This document shows, piece after piece, positions 18,352 through 26,611 of a DNA stretch of 64,000 nucleotides. Location of the stretch: positions 13,118-77,117 of the forward strand of contig DAOTYO010000005.1 in the NCBI GenBank assembly GCA_034434815.1, read 5' to 3'. How positions within the stretch are numbered: the stretch's first letter is position 1; each line of letters opens with the position of its first letter. The notes below the pieces were generated by a model, which made no database searches, was not told the origin of the DNA, and saw nothing but the letters and a program-made list of their open reading frames with translations. Both the position numbers and the translations under genes were made by a program. This DNA comes from Dehalococcoidia bacterium (GTDB lineage: Bacteria > Chloroflexota > Dehalococcoidia > SZUA-161 > SpSt-899).

Positions 18352-19344
18352 TTACGTCTCCAAATATACGATCCGGTGTTTGTTCTCCACAAACCACTCG
18401 TTGACCTTCTTGAGGCCGTCTTCAAGCTTGGTCTGGGGATTGAATCCGATGAGCTTCCGGGCCTTCTCGATGGAAGCCAAGCGCCGCATGCCATGATCCC
18501 AATCCCGCTTCGGGATAAAGGTGATCCCGCCCTGATTCCCGGAAACCCTGTTGACCATCTCGGCCAGCGCCAGTGAAGTGGTCTCCACACCCGATCCGAG
18601 GTTCATCTCCTGACCAATGGCCTCTTCGAAGACACCGCCGCGCAAGAGCCCGTCGATGAGATCGCCCACGAACGTGAAATCGCGGGTCTCTTGGCCCGTG
18701 CCCATCACGGTGAGCGGCTTGCCCTGATGGGCCATATACATGAAGTTGGGGATGACATTCTTGTATTTTCCGGGAAGGCCGCCCGGACCGTAAACGTTGA
18801 AGAGCCGGAGCCGGACGGTGGGAAGGCCCCAGTGATCCAGAAAGAAATTGCAATAGAGCTCGCCGAGCAACTTGTGGATTTGATACGGTGTATCGAGGTG
18901 GAGGGTGATGAAATCCTCTTTGAGGGGCACCGGAGCCCGGCTCCCGTAGGCCGAGCACCCGGACGAGGCGAAGACGAATCGCTTGACCTTGGCGAGGTGC
19001 GAGAACTGAAGAAGCCGCAACGTGGCAAGGCCGTTGACCCGCAAATTCTCCTCCGGATAGTCCACCGCCTTTTGATTGGCGAAATGCGCCGCAAGGTGAA
19101 AGACATAATCGGGCTTGTCAAAGAAGATGCGTTTGAGAAGGACCTCATCGGCCACATCGCCTTCGATGACCATCACGCTCGGGTGGACGGGCACATTCCA
19201 CCGGACCGCCGAGACGAAGTTATCGAGAACGAAGATCCGCTTCGCCTTGAGCTCGATGAGCCGCCGCACGAGGTTGCTCCCGATGAGCCCCGCCCCCCCC
19301 GTGACGAGCACCGTGGTCCCTTCATATTTCGCTAGATAATCCAT
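18352..19344 (-). CDS. NAD-dependent epimerase/dehydratase (SDR family, UDP-sugar epimerase-like)
   Basis: TGGAGLIGSNL Rossmann motif, YxxxK-type active site (YQIHKLLGE); 330 aa. Confidence 0.8.
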   Translation of the reverse strand: MDYLAKYEGTTVLVTGGAGLIGSNLVRRLIELKAKRIFVLDNFVSAVRWNVPVHPSVMVIEGDVADEVLLKRIFFDKPDYVFHLAAHFANQKAVDYPEENLRVNGLATLRLLQFSHLAKVKRFVFASSGCSAYGSRAPVPLKEDFITLHLDTPYQIHKLLGELYCNFFLDHWGLPTVRLRLFNVYGPGGLPGKYKNVIPNFMYMAHQGKPLTVMGTGQETRDFTFVGDLIDGLLRGGVFEEAIGQEMNLGSGVETTSLALAEMVNRVSGNQGGITFIPKRDWDHGMRRLASIEKARKLIGFNPQTKLEDGLKKVNEWFVENKHRIVYLET

Positions 19345-19439
19345 TCAGCCCTCCTTGTTCATCTGAACCGCTTATCAGATAACGAACCTTCCATCCGCAC
19401 CCAAAATCGGTCGGTAGGCCGTTTGGGGTGAAGCGAAAA

Positions 19440-20663
19440 TCAGGGGTTCATCTTTTCGAACGCCCCCTCGAGGCTCGCCCTGAGCGAATCGAGCGAGAAG
19501 CGCGCCTCCACGAACGCCCTTCCCCTCCTCCCCATCTCCCGCACCTCTTCGAGATTACCCGAAAGGCGCCGGACCGCCCGCGCAAAACCCTCCACATCGC
19601 CGGGGGCCACCACAAGCCCCGCGCCGGATTCCTGAGTCAGCGTCTCCATCTCCCCTTTTGTACAACTCACCACCGGCTTCCCGCAAGCCCAGAACTCGAA
19701 CACCTTCGAGGGGCGGGTGAGCGTGCTCGTGAGCATCTCCGGCTTCAAGGGCATCACGCACACATCGGCGGCATTGATGTATTTGGCGACTTTCTCGGGC
19801 TTCGAGACCGGCTGAGCCATGATGACGTTTTCGAGCTCGAGTCTCTTGATCGTTTCGAGGATATGGCTCTTGGCATCGCCATCGCCGAGGAACACGAAGG
19901 CGATGTTTTCCCCCTCGAGCTTCTTGGCCGCCTGAAGGAGGAGATCGAAATCGTAGGTCAGGGCGAATGCCCCCGAATAAAGGACGATGAATTTCCCTTC
20001 GGCGGCACCGAGCCCCAGCGCCCGGCGTTCCTCCGGACTCACGTCCGCAGGCCGAAAGGTTTCCGTATCCACGGCCATCTCGACCACCGAGAGCTTGTGC
20101 GCCGGAATGCCCCTTTCGAGCATCCGATCGCGGATCTGGGGAGTAAAGGCCATGATATGATCGGCCAGCCCGTAGGTCATCTTCGTGAGGAGCATCACCC
20201 CCTGCCGCAAAGGCGCTCTCCGAGCTAGTTTGAACTCGAAAACCACATCCGGCCAGAGATCGGTGATCCGGATGATATATCGGCCCCCCATCAGCCGCGA
20301 GAAAACCCATCCCGGGAAGACCAGAAAAACGGGCGGGGGGTGAAGCCCGAGAACATAGTCCGTTCGGCGGATGAAGGGAATAACCCAGAGAGAAGTGAAC
20401 ATAAAGGAAAGGTAGAACAGGAATTTGCGTAAAAGGCCCGGACCCGTGGGCAGCAGCGTGAAGACACGGAAAATCCGTATGCCCCGATCCCGCTCACGCG
20501 AAATGGGCCTTTGCCGGAAGAAGTTCCACCGCCTGCGGAGATCGATGGGGAAGGCGGCCACCACATCCACCCCATACCCCGCCCGGGCCATGTTCTCCGC
20601 CAACACATAGGCATGTCTTCCACCGTATCCGGGATAGATCGGCCAGAAGACCGCCGCCAACAT
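19440..20663 (-). CDS. glycosyltransferase family 4
   Basis: GT4 C-terminal E-x7-E region (VMPLKPE...FEFWACGKPVV); start trimmed to MLAAVFWPIYPGYGG. Confidence 0.7.
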   Translation of the reverse strand: MLAAVFWPIYPGYGGRHAYVLAENMARAGYGVDVVAAFPIDLRRRWNFFRQRPISRERDRGIRIFRVFTLLPTGPGLLRKFLFYLSFMFTSLWVIPFIRRTDYVLGLHPPPVFLVFPGWVFSRLMGGRYIIRITDLWPDVVFEFKLARRAPLRQGVMLLTKMTYGLADHIMAFTPQIRDRMLERGIPAHKLSVVEMAVDTETFRPADVSPEERRALGLGAAEGKFIVLYSGAFALTYDFDLLLQAAKKLEGENIAFVFLGDGDAKSHILETIKRLELENVIMAQPVSKPEKVAKYINAADVCVMPLKPEMLTSTLTRPSKVFEFWACGKPVVSCTKGEMETLTQESGAGLVVAPGDVEGFARAVRRLSGNLEEVREMGRRGRAFVEARFSLDSLRASLEGAFEKMNP

Positions 20664-20819
20664 GCAAACCCTTTTCTTCTCGTTCGTCACTGACAAGGAA
20701 ACTTTCCGACCCTTGTTGAACTCTCTTGCCCCCCGGCGAGAGAGCATCTCCATCCCCCGGAAGGGGGAGGAGCAAGATGAGGACCAAACAGAAAACCGGT
20801 ACGGGTGCGAGGTTTCAAA

Positions 20820-21764
20820 TCATTCCCTCGAGATCTTCTTGTAAATTTGTTTGACGATATCGGAAGCCTCTCCCCGAATGAGCTCCCTCATGGCCTGAAG
20901 CATGAGGGCCGCGAAAAGTCCCAGAAGCCCCGCCAGACAAAAGAGAATGGTAGCGAGGGCATGACCGGAAGCCAGTTTGTTGGTATCGCTGTAGATATCG
21001 AGGGTCCGGAACCCAAACCAGAGCCCGATCCCCCAGCAGATGAGCGCCGGCGTGCCGAAGATCACCATGGGGTGCCGCAGGGTGAACAGCACCAGCACCC
21101 GGGTGAAAACGTTGACGCCGTGTCCGACGGGGCTGCGCTTGGCTTTCTCTGCATAAAGCACAGCGATGGGCACTTCGGCCACCCGCAGGCCGGCCTCCTT
21201 GATGGCAAACTGCATCTGGGAGCTGACCGCCATGCCCCGTTCCGAGAGCTTGAGTTTCTCGAGGGCGGCGGCGGAATACGCCCGGCAGCCGCTCTGGGAA
21301 TCGGTGAGCTTCTGGCCGGAGCTTACATTGGTTGCCGTGTTCAAGACCCGTTGCCCGATCCGCCGGTACAGAGGGATGCGATTCGCTTTCTCCAGAAAAC
21401 GCGAGCCAATGACAATATCCGCCTTGCCTTCGAGGATCGGCTGGATGAGGCGTGGGATATCCTTGGGATCGTGCTGACCGTCCCCATCGAGGATCACCAG
21501 CACCTCCGCACCGAGGGTCCGGCCCTGCTCGAGGGCACTCGATATCGCCGCCCCGTACCCTTGATTCTTCGGGTGCCGGTACACGGTAGCGCCGGCGGCT
21601 TCGGCCACTTCGGCACTGTCATCCGTGGAGCCATCATCGATGACCACCACCCGATCAACGTAGCGCTTCGCTTTGGCCACCACACTTCCGATGAAGCGCT
21701 CTTCGTTGAAGCACGGGATGGCAACGATCACTCTGGGGGAACGAGAACGGTTGACCTCTTCCAT
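20820..21764 (-). CDS. glycosyltransferase family 2 (polyprenyl-phosphate sugar transferase-like, with C-terminal TM helices)
   Basis: VAIPCFNEE, VIDDGSTDD, ILDGDGQHDP (DxD) motifs plus C-terminal hydrophobic segments; start trimmed to MEEVNRS. Confidence 0.7.
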   Translation of the reverse strand: MEEVNRSRSPRVIVAIPCFNEERFIGSVVAKAKRYVDRVVVIDDGSTDDSAEVAEAAGATVYRHPKNQGYGAAISSALEQGRTLGAEVLVILDGDGQHDPKDIPRLIQPILEGKADIVIGSRFLEKANRIPLYRRIGQRVLNTATNVSSGQKLTDSQSGCRAYSAAALEKLKLSERGMAVSSQMQFAIKEAGLRVAEVPIAVLYAEKAKRSPVGHGVNVFTRVLVLFTLRHPMVIFGTPALICWGIGLWFGFRTLDIYSDTNKLASGHALATILFCLAGLLGLFAALMLQAMRELIRGEASDIVKQIYKKISRE

Positions 21765-21883
21765 GGCGATCTTCCGGGTGCCTCCACACTCCGCCGAAGA
21801 ACCGTCAAAAGCCTTTCCCGATGGTCTCTCATAAGTATAATCCAAAGAGGGCGATTTTTACAAAAGGCCGCCGGGCCGTAAAG

Positions 21884-21977
21884 AGCGATTGAAGAAGAGA
21901 GTGCAAAAGACGCCTCTCTCGGGGTGTCCCCCAAGAAAATCCTTTGGACGGGTGGGTGGGAGCGAAGAAGCCGGGGG
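21884..21977 (+). repeat. copy C of interspersed element, 3-prime truncated (~95 bp), immediately upstream of tRNA-Thr
   Basis: AGCGATTGAAGAAGAGAGTGCAAAAGACGCCTCTCTCGGGGTGTCCCCCAAGAAAATCCTTTGGACGGGTGGGTGGGAGCGAAGAAGCC matches the 5-prime half of copies A, D, E and G. Confidence 0.75.
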
Positions 21978-22032
21978 AGAAGGAAAGAGAGTGGATTTCG
22001 GCCAACAATTGGGGTATAATCGGAAGCTGCAA

Positions 22033-22107
22033 GCCAACGTAGCTCAGTGGTAGAGCAGCGGTTTCGTAAACCGCCGGTCGTCGGTTCAAATCCGACCGTT
22101 GGCTCCA
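22033..22107 (+). tRNA. tRNA-Thr (anticodon CGU), CCA encoded
   Basis: Cloverleaf: acceptor GCCAACG/CGTTGGC, D-arm AGCTCAGTGGTAGAGC, anticodon loop TTCGTAA, T-arm GGTTCAAATCC, discriminator T + CCA; TATAAT at 22014-22019 just upstream. Confidence 0.8.
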
Positions 22108-22208
22108 ACCTTCGCATCGGCCGTTTTCCACTCCCCGGCCCTTGGCTCAGAAATGCTTTCCTTTCTGCTATAATCAGGGCAAACCCGCTTTGAAGGAGGA
22201 CTCCATCC

Positions 22209-23696
22209 GTGACGACTCAATACGATGCCATCATCGTCGGCGCCGGGCCCGGGGGGCTCACCGCGGCGGCGCTTCTGGCCAAATGGGGGGTGAAGGTGCT
22301 GCTCGTGGACAAGAACACCGTCCCCGGCGGGAAAGCGATCACCGCCGAACGAGAGGGGTTCCGCTATGAATTGGGCCCCAAGCTTCAGTGCCCGATGCGC
22401 GGTCCGGCCTTCGAGCGGGCCTTCAAGATGCTCGGCATCGGCTCGATGCTGCGCCCCATCTACCTCGGGGGAAATATCCTGCCCGAATGCGCCTACCGGA
22501 AGAAAGGCTGGGACCACTACAAGAAGATGATCACGCTCAAGGAAGACCCCCAAGGCAATCAGGATCCCACCCCTTTCTTCGAGCTGTTCGAATTGAATCC
22601 CAAGGAGCAGGAGCGAACCCTCACCATCTTGGCTGAGATCGCGCTCATGCCGCCGGAAAAGCTCTTGGAGCTCTCGGACCTGACCTTCGATGAGTACCTC
22701 GCGCGGGTGGGAGACGTTCCCGAATCCCTCTACTGGTACTTTGCCATGCATGCCAACGCCTCTCTGGCCGAGCCGATCGATCTCGTCTCAGCATACGAAC
22801 AGGCCGCCATTCTGCAACACATCGCCGTGAGCGGCGGGGGCGGATACTATGTGGGCGGCTTCGGCCGCGTGCTCCGGGATCTGGCGGAAGCGATCAAGGC
22901 CAACGGCGGCACCCTTCTGATGGGCAAACGGGTGCATCGCATCTCGGTGGAAAACGGAAGGGTAAAAGGTATCGTCACGGAGGCGGGGGAATTTCGAGCC
23001 CCGATCGTGCTGAGCGATGCGGGCATCCAACCCACGGTGCTCAAACTCGTGGGCGAGGAACACTTCGATAAGGGCTACGTCAACTACATCAAGGATCTTG
23101 TGCCCGGGTGGTCCTTCACCGGCGTTCGCTACTTCCTGAACAAACGCGTCATGAAGTGCGGGATGTATATGATGTGGTCGGATGACAGCGTGATCAACAT
23201 GGAACGATATCTGCAGATGAAGGCGGGAAAACTCCCCGAAGAGGTGATCATGTTCATCACCGTTCCTTCGAACTATGATCCCACCATGGCGCCCCCGGGA
23301 AAGCAGTGCCTCATTGCGGGGACGATCTGTTCCCCTGATCCCGGCGCGAAGGAGATCGCGGCGCTCTACAAGAAGATGGACGAGCTCCTCGGCAAGCTCT
23401 ACCCCGAAGCCATGGATGCCGTTTACATGAAGGAAATGGAGGGGCCGGCGGAAATCTCGGCACATACCCGCGATCATGTGCTGCCGGGGCAGGGGGGCGA
23501 GTGCGTGGGGCTGGCGCAAATCGTGGGGCAGTGCGGCAAGTACAAGCCTTCCCAAAAGACGCCCATCAACGGACTCTTCATCGTGGGGGGCGATGCGGGA
23601 GGGGTGGGGATGGGAACCCATCAAGCATCCGAATCCGGGATCAACGGAGCACATCTGGCGCTGCAATACCTCCGCAAGCGGCAAGCAAGTCAATGA
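22209..23696 (+). CDS. FAD-dependent oxidoreductase, phytoene desaturase (CrtI-like) family
   Basis: N-terminal dinucleotide fold YDAIIVGAGPGGLTAAALLAKWGVKVLLVDK; 495 aa; GTG start after GGAGGA. Confidence 0.7.
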   Translation: MTTQYDAIIVGAGPGGLTAAALLAKWGVKVLLVDKNTVPGGKAITAEREGFRYELGPKLQCPMRGPAFERAFKMLGIGSMLRPIYLGGNILPECAYRKKGWDHYKKMITLKEDPQGNQDPTPFFELFELNPKEQERTLTILAEIALMPPEKLLELSDLTFDEYLARVGDVPESLYWYFAMHANASLAEPIDLVSAYEQAAILQHIAVSGGGGYYVGGFGRVLRDLAEAIKANGGTLLMGKRVHRISVENGRVKGIVTEAGEFRAPIVLSDAGIQPTVLKLVGEEHFDKGYVNYIKDLVPGWSFTGVRYFLNKRVMKCGMYMMWSDDSVINMERYLQMKAGKLPEEVIMFITVPSNYDPTMAPPGKQCLIAGTICSPDPGAKEIAALYKKMDELLGKLYPEAMDAVYMKEMEGPAEISAHTRDHVLPGQGGECVGLAQIVGQCGKYKPSQKTPINGLFIVGGDAGGVGMGTHQASESGINGAHLALQYLRKRQASQ

Positions 23697-23707
23697 ACGA
23701 AGCAAAG

Positions 23708-23745
23708 GTGTCCTCGGGAAGGCGCCTTCCCGAGGACACCCTCAC
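23708..23745 (+). terminator. long perfect hairpin (intrinsic terminator candidate) after the CrtI-like gene
   Basis: GGTGTCCTCGGGAAGGcgcCTTCCCGAGGACACC, 16-bp stem, followed by a T-containing tract. Confidence 0.6.
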
Positions 23746-23968
23746 ATTTGATTCCTCGGCCACCAGCACACAATATCTCCAAATGTGATAATCCCCCATC
23801 GATCACTGGGGGCTGACCCCAATCGGAATTGCGTGCAACCCCCGTTCCGCTTCAACCACCGCACCGAGTAGAATCAGGTGTATAACCCGATATCCACGGG
23901 GCGATTCCGTTGCCACACTCGGCCGGAAGACCCCCGCAAGGCAACCCGCGCGGAAGGGGGTACCATTC

Positions 23969-24535
23969 ATGATGGAACGGTTGCAGAGGCTCCTGCCCCG
24001 GCAACAAAGGGCAAGCAGACTCTCGATCGGGGTCATCACGGTAGCATGCTTTGCCGTGGCAGGCCTTCTGACGTACGCTGCCCTGGCCAATGATACCGAG
24101 AACGTGCCCGTCTATGGAACGGAGACCGCCGGAGCGCTTGAACTGAGAGGAAACGTCTTCGCCCGAACCGAGACCACCGATTCAGGCCAAGTAACGGAGG
24201 TGATCCTCACGGTGACCATCCCTCAGGATGGCTCCCCGGTGAACCTCACCCCCCCGCCGAACAACGTGGTCGAAATCTCCTACGCCGATCCCTATCAAGC
24301 GGTCACGGATCTTCCGTTCAGAGCGGAGGAATACATCGCAGGCGATGGAGACAAGATGTTGGAAGCCGGTGAGACTTTTCTAATCGGGATTCCCCTCGCA
24401 GATGCATTGAGCCCGGGTCTGGGTCCGGATACCCCTTTCACCATTACGATCAAGACTCCCGACGGGTCCGCGCTCGCCATTCAGCGGAGCACGCCTTCCC
24501 ATCTGGTACCCGCCATGAATCTCGATCTGAAGTGA
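23969..24535 (+). CDS. membrane-anchored beta-rich protein (possible archaellum FlaF/FlaG-like accessory protein)
   Basis: N-terminal TM segment LSIGVITVACFAVAGLLTYAALA followed by a beta-strand-rich soluble domain; AAGGGGG RBS; directly upstream of an archaellin-like gene. Confidence 0.45.
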   Translation: MMERLQRLLPRQQRASRLSIGVITVACFAVAGLLTYAALANDTENVPVYGTETAGALELRGNVFARTETTDSGQVTEVILTVTIPQDGSPVNLTPPPNNVVEISYADPYQAVTDLPFRAEEYIAGDGDKMLEAGETFLIGIPLADALSPGLGPDTPFTITIKTPDGSALAIQRSTPSHLVPAMNLDLK

Positions 24536-24580
24536 TAGATGCACTGCTTTAATCGATCAACAACATCGGGGAAAAAGCGA

Positions 24581-25729
24581 ATGATCGGATCGGCCAGCCG
24601 CATCCACCGTAATGAACGAGGCATCACCGGCCTCGAGACCGCGATCATTCTGATCGCGTTCATCGTGGTGGCTTCCGTCTTCGCTTACACCGTGCTATCC
24701 GCCGGTCTCTTCTCCGCTCAGAAGACCGAAGAGGTAACGCGCACAGGGATCAATAAAACGGAATCCACGATCACTGTGGAAGGCAACGTGATCGCCTACA
24801 AAGGGACAGCCAACGGGGATGAGTGCATCACAAAGCTCTCGTTCACGGTTTCGAAGGCCCTCCCCGGGGGCGGATCCGTAGATCTCACCCCCTTCTACCG
24901 GATCGATTCAAACGGCGCTCTCGCCTCTCCGATCATCAGCGATTGTGATACGGTTTGGACATCTACCGGCACCGCGAATGCCACCGTCAGCACCGATGGC
25001 TCGGATTACAAGGAGAGTCCTCGAAGCGTCAAGATCGCGGTGGCCTCCGCTTTCACCAGCGGGACCATTGCCTACTACAACACCGCGGAGGAGATGGATC
25101 TGACCTATGCCCGGCAGATCAGCCTCTGGATCAAGGCGAGCGCCGATGTGGACGAGGATGTTCTCGTGCTGAGCCTGTGCTCAGGCACGGCCGCCGCCAC
25201 ACCCGTCGAAACCCTCAGTCTGCCGGCACTGGCGGCCAACGTCTGGACCCGGGCCACGGTGGATATCTCCACCCCGGGAGCCTCTACCCTCTCATCCATC
25301 GAATCGGTGGCCCTGAGCGCATCTTCGGACCCGGGCGATATCACCATCTATCTGGACGAGGTCAGAACCCGCACCGATTCGGATACCATCACCGGCAAGA
25401 ATGCCACCATGATCGCCTACAACGATGAAAACACTTTTATAGACAACGTAGCGTGGACCGTGGAGTTTTCCGGCGGATACGGCTCCGGAACCAACGATTA
25501 CCTCCTCCAGAATTCCGAGAAGGCCACGATCACGGTCTGGCTTCAGAACTTCGATGGAACGAGCTATTCCAATGGGTCCGGGACCGATGACCCGTTCATC
25601 GATTCGAACGCCGCCCACCTCAAGACCAGCTCTCTGTTCAACATCCAGATCATGCCCCCCGAAGGCGCCACGCTCCTTCTGACGAAGCGCACCCCCGCAT
25701 ATCTCGATCCCATCATGCGTCTGTTCTAG
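24581..25729 (+). CDS. archaellin/archaeal-type pilin-like protein with class III (prepilin-like) signal peptide
   Basis: NERG|ITGLETAIILIAFIVVASVFAYTVLSAGLFSAQKTEEV closely matches the conserved archaellin N-terminal domain (RGxxGIGTLIVFIAMVLVAA...AGFLQSK...EE). Ser/Thr-rich beta domain follows. Start chosen at the Met preceded by GGGGA. Confidence 0.6.
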   Translation: MIGSASRIHRNERGITGLETAIILIAFIVVASVFAYTVLSAGLFSAQKTEEVTRTGINKTESTITVEGNVIAYKGTANGDECITKLSFTVSKALPGGGSVDLTPFYRIDSNGALASPIISDCDTVWTSTGTANATVSTDGSDYKESPRSVKIAVASAFTSGTIAYYNTAEEMDLTYARQISLWIKASADVDEDVLVLSLCSGTAAATPVETLSLPALAANVWTRATVDISTPGASTLSSIESVALSASSDPGDITIYLDEVRTRTDSDTITGKNATMIAYNDENTFIDNVAWTVEFSGGYGSGTNDYLLQNSEKATITVWLQNFDGTSYSNGSGTDDPFIDSNAAHLKTSSLFNIQIMPPEGATLLLTKRTPAYLDPIMRLF

Positions 25730-25811
25730 AGCGGTGCAAAAGGCGCTCCATCGTAGTATAATGGTTTGGCTATGCTCCGCATACGAACGGAATGTCTAAC
25801 GGAGGTATCGA

Positions 25812-26312
25812 GTGGCCCTCAGTTTCACTTTTGGGAACCCGAAGCTCGATGGATGGATTCTCCTCCATCAAACCTATAATCTCATCGTGAAGTGCGAGGA
25901 GACGGAATTCGTCAAATCCGAGATTACCCCCCAGCAATACTGGGTGCTCCAAGCGATCAACTACCTCGGGCGCTACCGGAACGGTCCGGTGACCCAGAAA
26001 GATGTAGCCCAACTTCTGGATAGGAACGCCAACAGCATCACCCTCATCATCACCCGCATGGAGAAGGCCGGGTTGGTGGAACGGAAGATCCGGGAACTCC
26101 CCGATCTCCGAGCCGTCCGCCTCGTCATCACGCCCAAAGGCCAAGCCGCCATCGAACGTGTTCAGAAGCCGGCATGGGAGCTCATCGAGAGCATCATGGC
26201 CACCCTTTCAGAAGAGGAGCAGAAGGCATGCAACGCCCTCCTCAAGCGCATCCGGGCGGCGGTTCTGGATCACCTCAAACCCGGCGAGAAGATCGAAGAG
26301 GTCAGAATCTAG
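25812..26312 (+). CDS. MarR family transcriptional regulator
   Basis: Winged-helix block VTQKDVAQLLDRNANSITLIITRMEKAGLVER...DLRAVRLVITPKG. Confidence 0.8.
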   Translation: MALSFTFGNPKLDGWILLHQTYNLIVKCEETEFVKSEITPQQYWVLQAINYLGRYRNGPVTQKDVAQLLDRNANSITLIITRMEKAGLVERKIRELPDLRAVRLVITPKGQAAIERVQKPAWELIESIMATLSEEEQKACNALLKRIRAAVLDHLKPGEKIEEVRI

Positions 26313-26351
26313 CATTTCCCGTCGCGATACCCAACGCCGTGCGACCCTCTG

Positions 26352-26560
26352 AAGAAGGGCGATTCCGCTTTGGAGCCTTCACCCTCAGGGGGAATGGGCT
26401 TGATCACCTCACTGCGGACCTTGCCCCGGAATTCCCCCACACCCCATGAGCGATCCGGCTTCTCCGATCCCACCCACCCAAAAGGTTTTATGGGGGGACA
26501 CCCCCAACCCCCGGCTTAAGAGGCGCCTTGGCACGCGCTTCTTCAATCGCTGTTTTTGGG
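26352..26560 (-). repeat. copy D of interspersed element (full length, inverted orientation)
   Basis: Reverse complement reads CCCAAAAACAGCGATTGAAGAAGCGCGTGCCAAGGCGCCTCTTAAGCCGGGGGTTGGGGGTGTCCCCCC...GAATTCCGGGGCAAGG...CCCTGAGGGTGAAGGCTCCAAAGCGGAATCGCC. Confidence 0.8.
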
Positions 26561-26611
26561 TCTTCTGCATGAATCCCACGCCGGCGAACTTTGTGCTACA
26601 ATACACTCGTT

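Noticed and set aside
15419-18496. 1025-aa plus-strand ORF across the polysaccharide cluster
   Set aside because: Antisense to three well-supported minus-strand genes (bi-domain oxidoreductase, WecB, SDR epimerase). No domain signal.
23746-23968. Possible small RNA or additional gene between the CrtI-like gene and the archaellin-like operon
   Set aside because: Only short hairpins (CCCCCAtcgatcactGGGGG) and no ORF with an RBS; most likely the terminator plus promoter region.
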